Source: Paraspadella gotoi
Lineage: Eukaryota; Animalia; Chaetognatha
Assembly: GCA_051294375.1 (NCBI GenBank)
Contig: JBJCIZ010000419.1
Span: forward strand, 1-6,140
Length of the DNA: 6,140 nt
Direction of reading: 5' to 3'
Positions 5,816-6,140 of this stretch are shown here, piece after piece. How positions within the stretch are numbered: the first letter of the stretch is position 1; the number at the start of each line of letters is the position of its first letter. The notes below the pieces were generated by a model. It had not been told where the DNA came from, searched no databases, and worked only from the letters and a program-made list of their open reading frames with translations. The position numbers and the translations under genes were made by a program.

Positions 5816-5905
5816 TAATTAATTAATTAATTGATTAATTAATTAATTAATAGATTAATTAATTATTAATAGATTAATTAATTAATTAATAGATTAATTA
5901 ATTTA
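5816..5905. repeat. (AATT)n tract with TAGATTAATT variants
   Basis: Nearly pure TTAA units abutting the family A terminus. Confidence 0.95.
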
Positions 5906-5997
5906 ATATTCGGCTTGTCATCATCGATGTCCTTAAAATTGAGTCAGGACAGTTATTAATGTTTTGTTACATTTTATAAAACAAACAAATATCTCTA

Positions 5998-6140
5998 TTA
6001 TCGAGCCAGGGCGGGCAAAGCCCGTCCTGTCTAGATTTTTTTTCGGTTTAGCTTTCGGTCTCGCTTTTTTGCAATCATGGCTTCTGAAGTTGATATCAAT
6101 GGGAGTTGAATTTTCATATATGGCTTCTAATCATCAAGAT
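5998..6140 (+). mobile_element. Diverged second 5' terminus of family B (continues beyond the window)
   Basis: 5998-6035 aligns ungapped to 5004-5041 at 28/38 with the same hairpin geometry. Downstream TCGGTTTAGCTT resembles TCGGTGAGCTT, and ATATGGCTTCT occurs at both 6118 and 5222. Confidence 0.6.

Noticed and set aside
6007-6043. GC hairpin plus T-run as a rho-independent terminator, or a canonical Helitron 3' end (hairpin + CTAG)
   Set aside because: The context is eukaryotic with no upstream gene. CTAG is only 1 nt from the stem and is followed by A rather than T. The ungapped alignment to 5004-5041 explains it better as a family B 5' hairpin.

Overview
AT-rich, essentially non-coding eukaryotic DNA, most likely from an invertebrate animal (inferred from the element types). 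None of the supplied ORFs is credible as a gene. The window is a mosaic of simple repeats ((AATT)n-like tracts, (AG)n, an 18-bp minisatellite, a 150-bp-period repeat) and termini of at least two apparent non-autonomous Helentron/DINE-1-like (HINE) families. Family A has subTIR GTCGGATCTGC, one 5' end and two inward-facing 3' ends. Family B has two 5' hairpins showing covariation. The most unusual object is at 3796-4159: a ~317-bp LTR-like unit on the minus strand (TG start, CCAAT, TATA) joined to 41 nt of mature, CCA-bearing tRNA-Leu. That is far longer than a normal 18-nt primer-binding site, and no internal retroelement sequence follows, so it may be a captured plus-strand strong-stop cDNA with read-through into the primer tRNA. 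Also notable are a perfect spacer-less 46-bp palindrome (2322-2367), a ~270-bp degenerate foldback (5220-5491) and a possible frameshifted acidic coding remnant (4575-4850, minus). All calls come from reading by eye; no database search was run.
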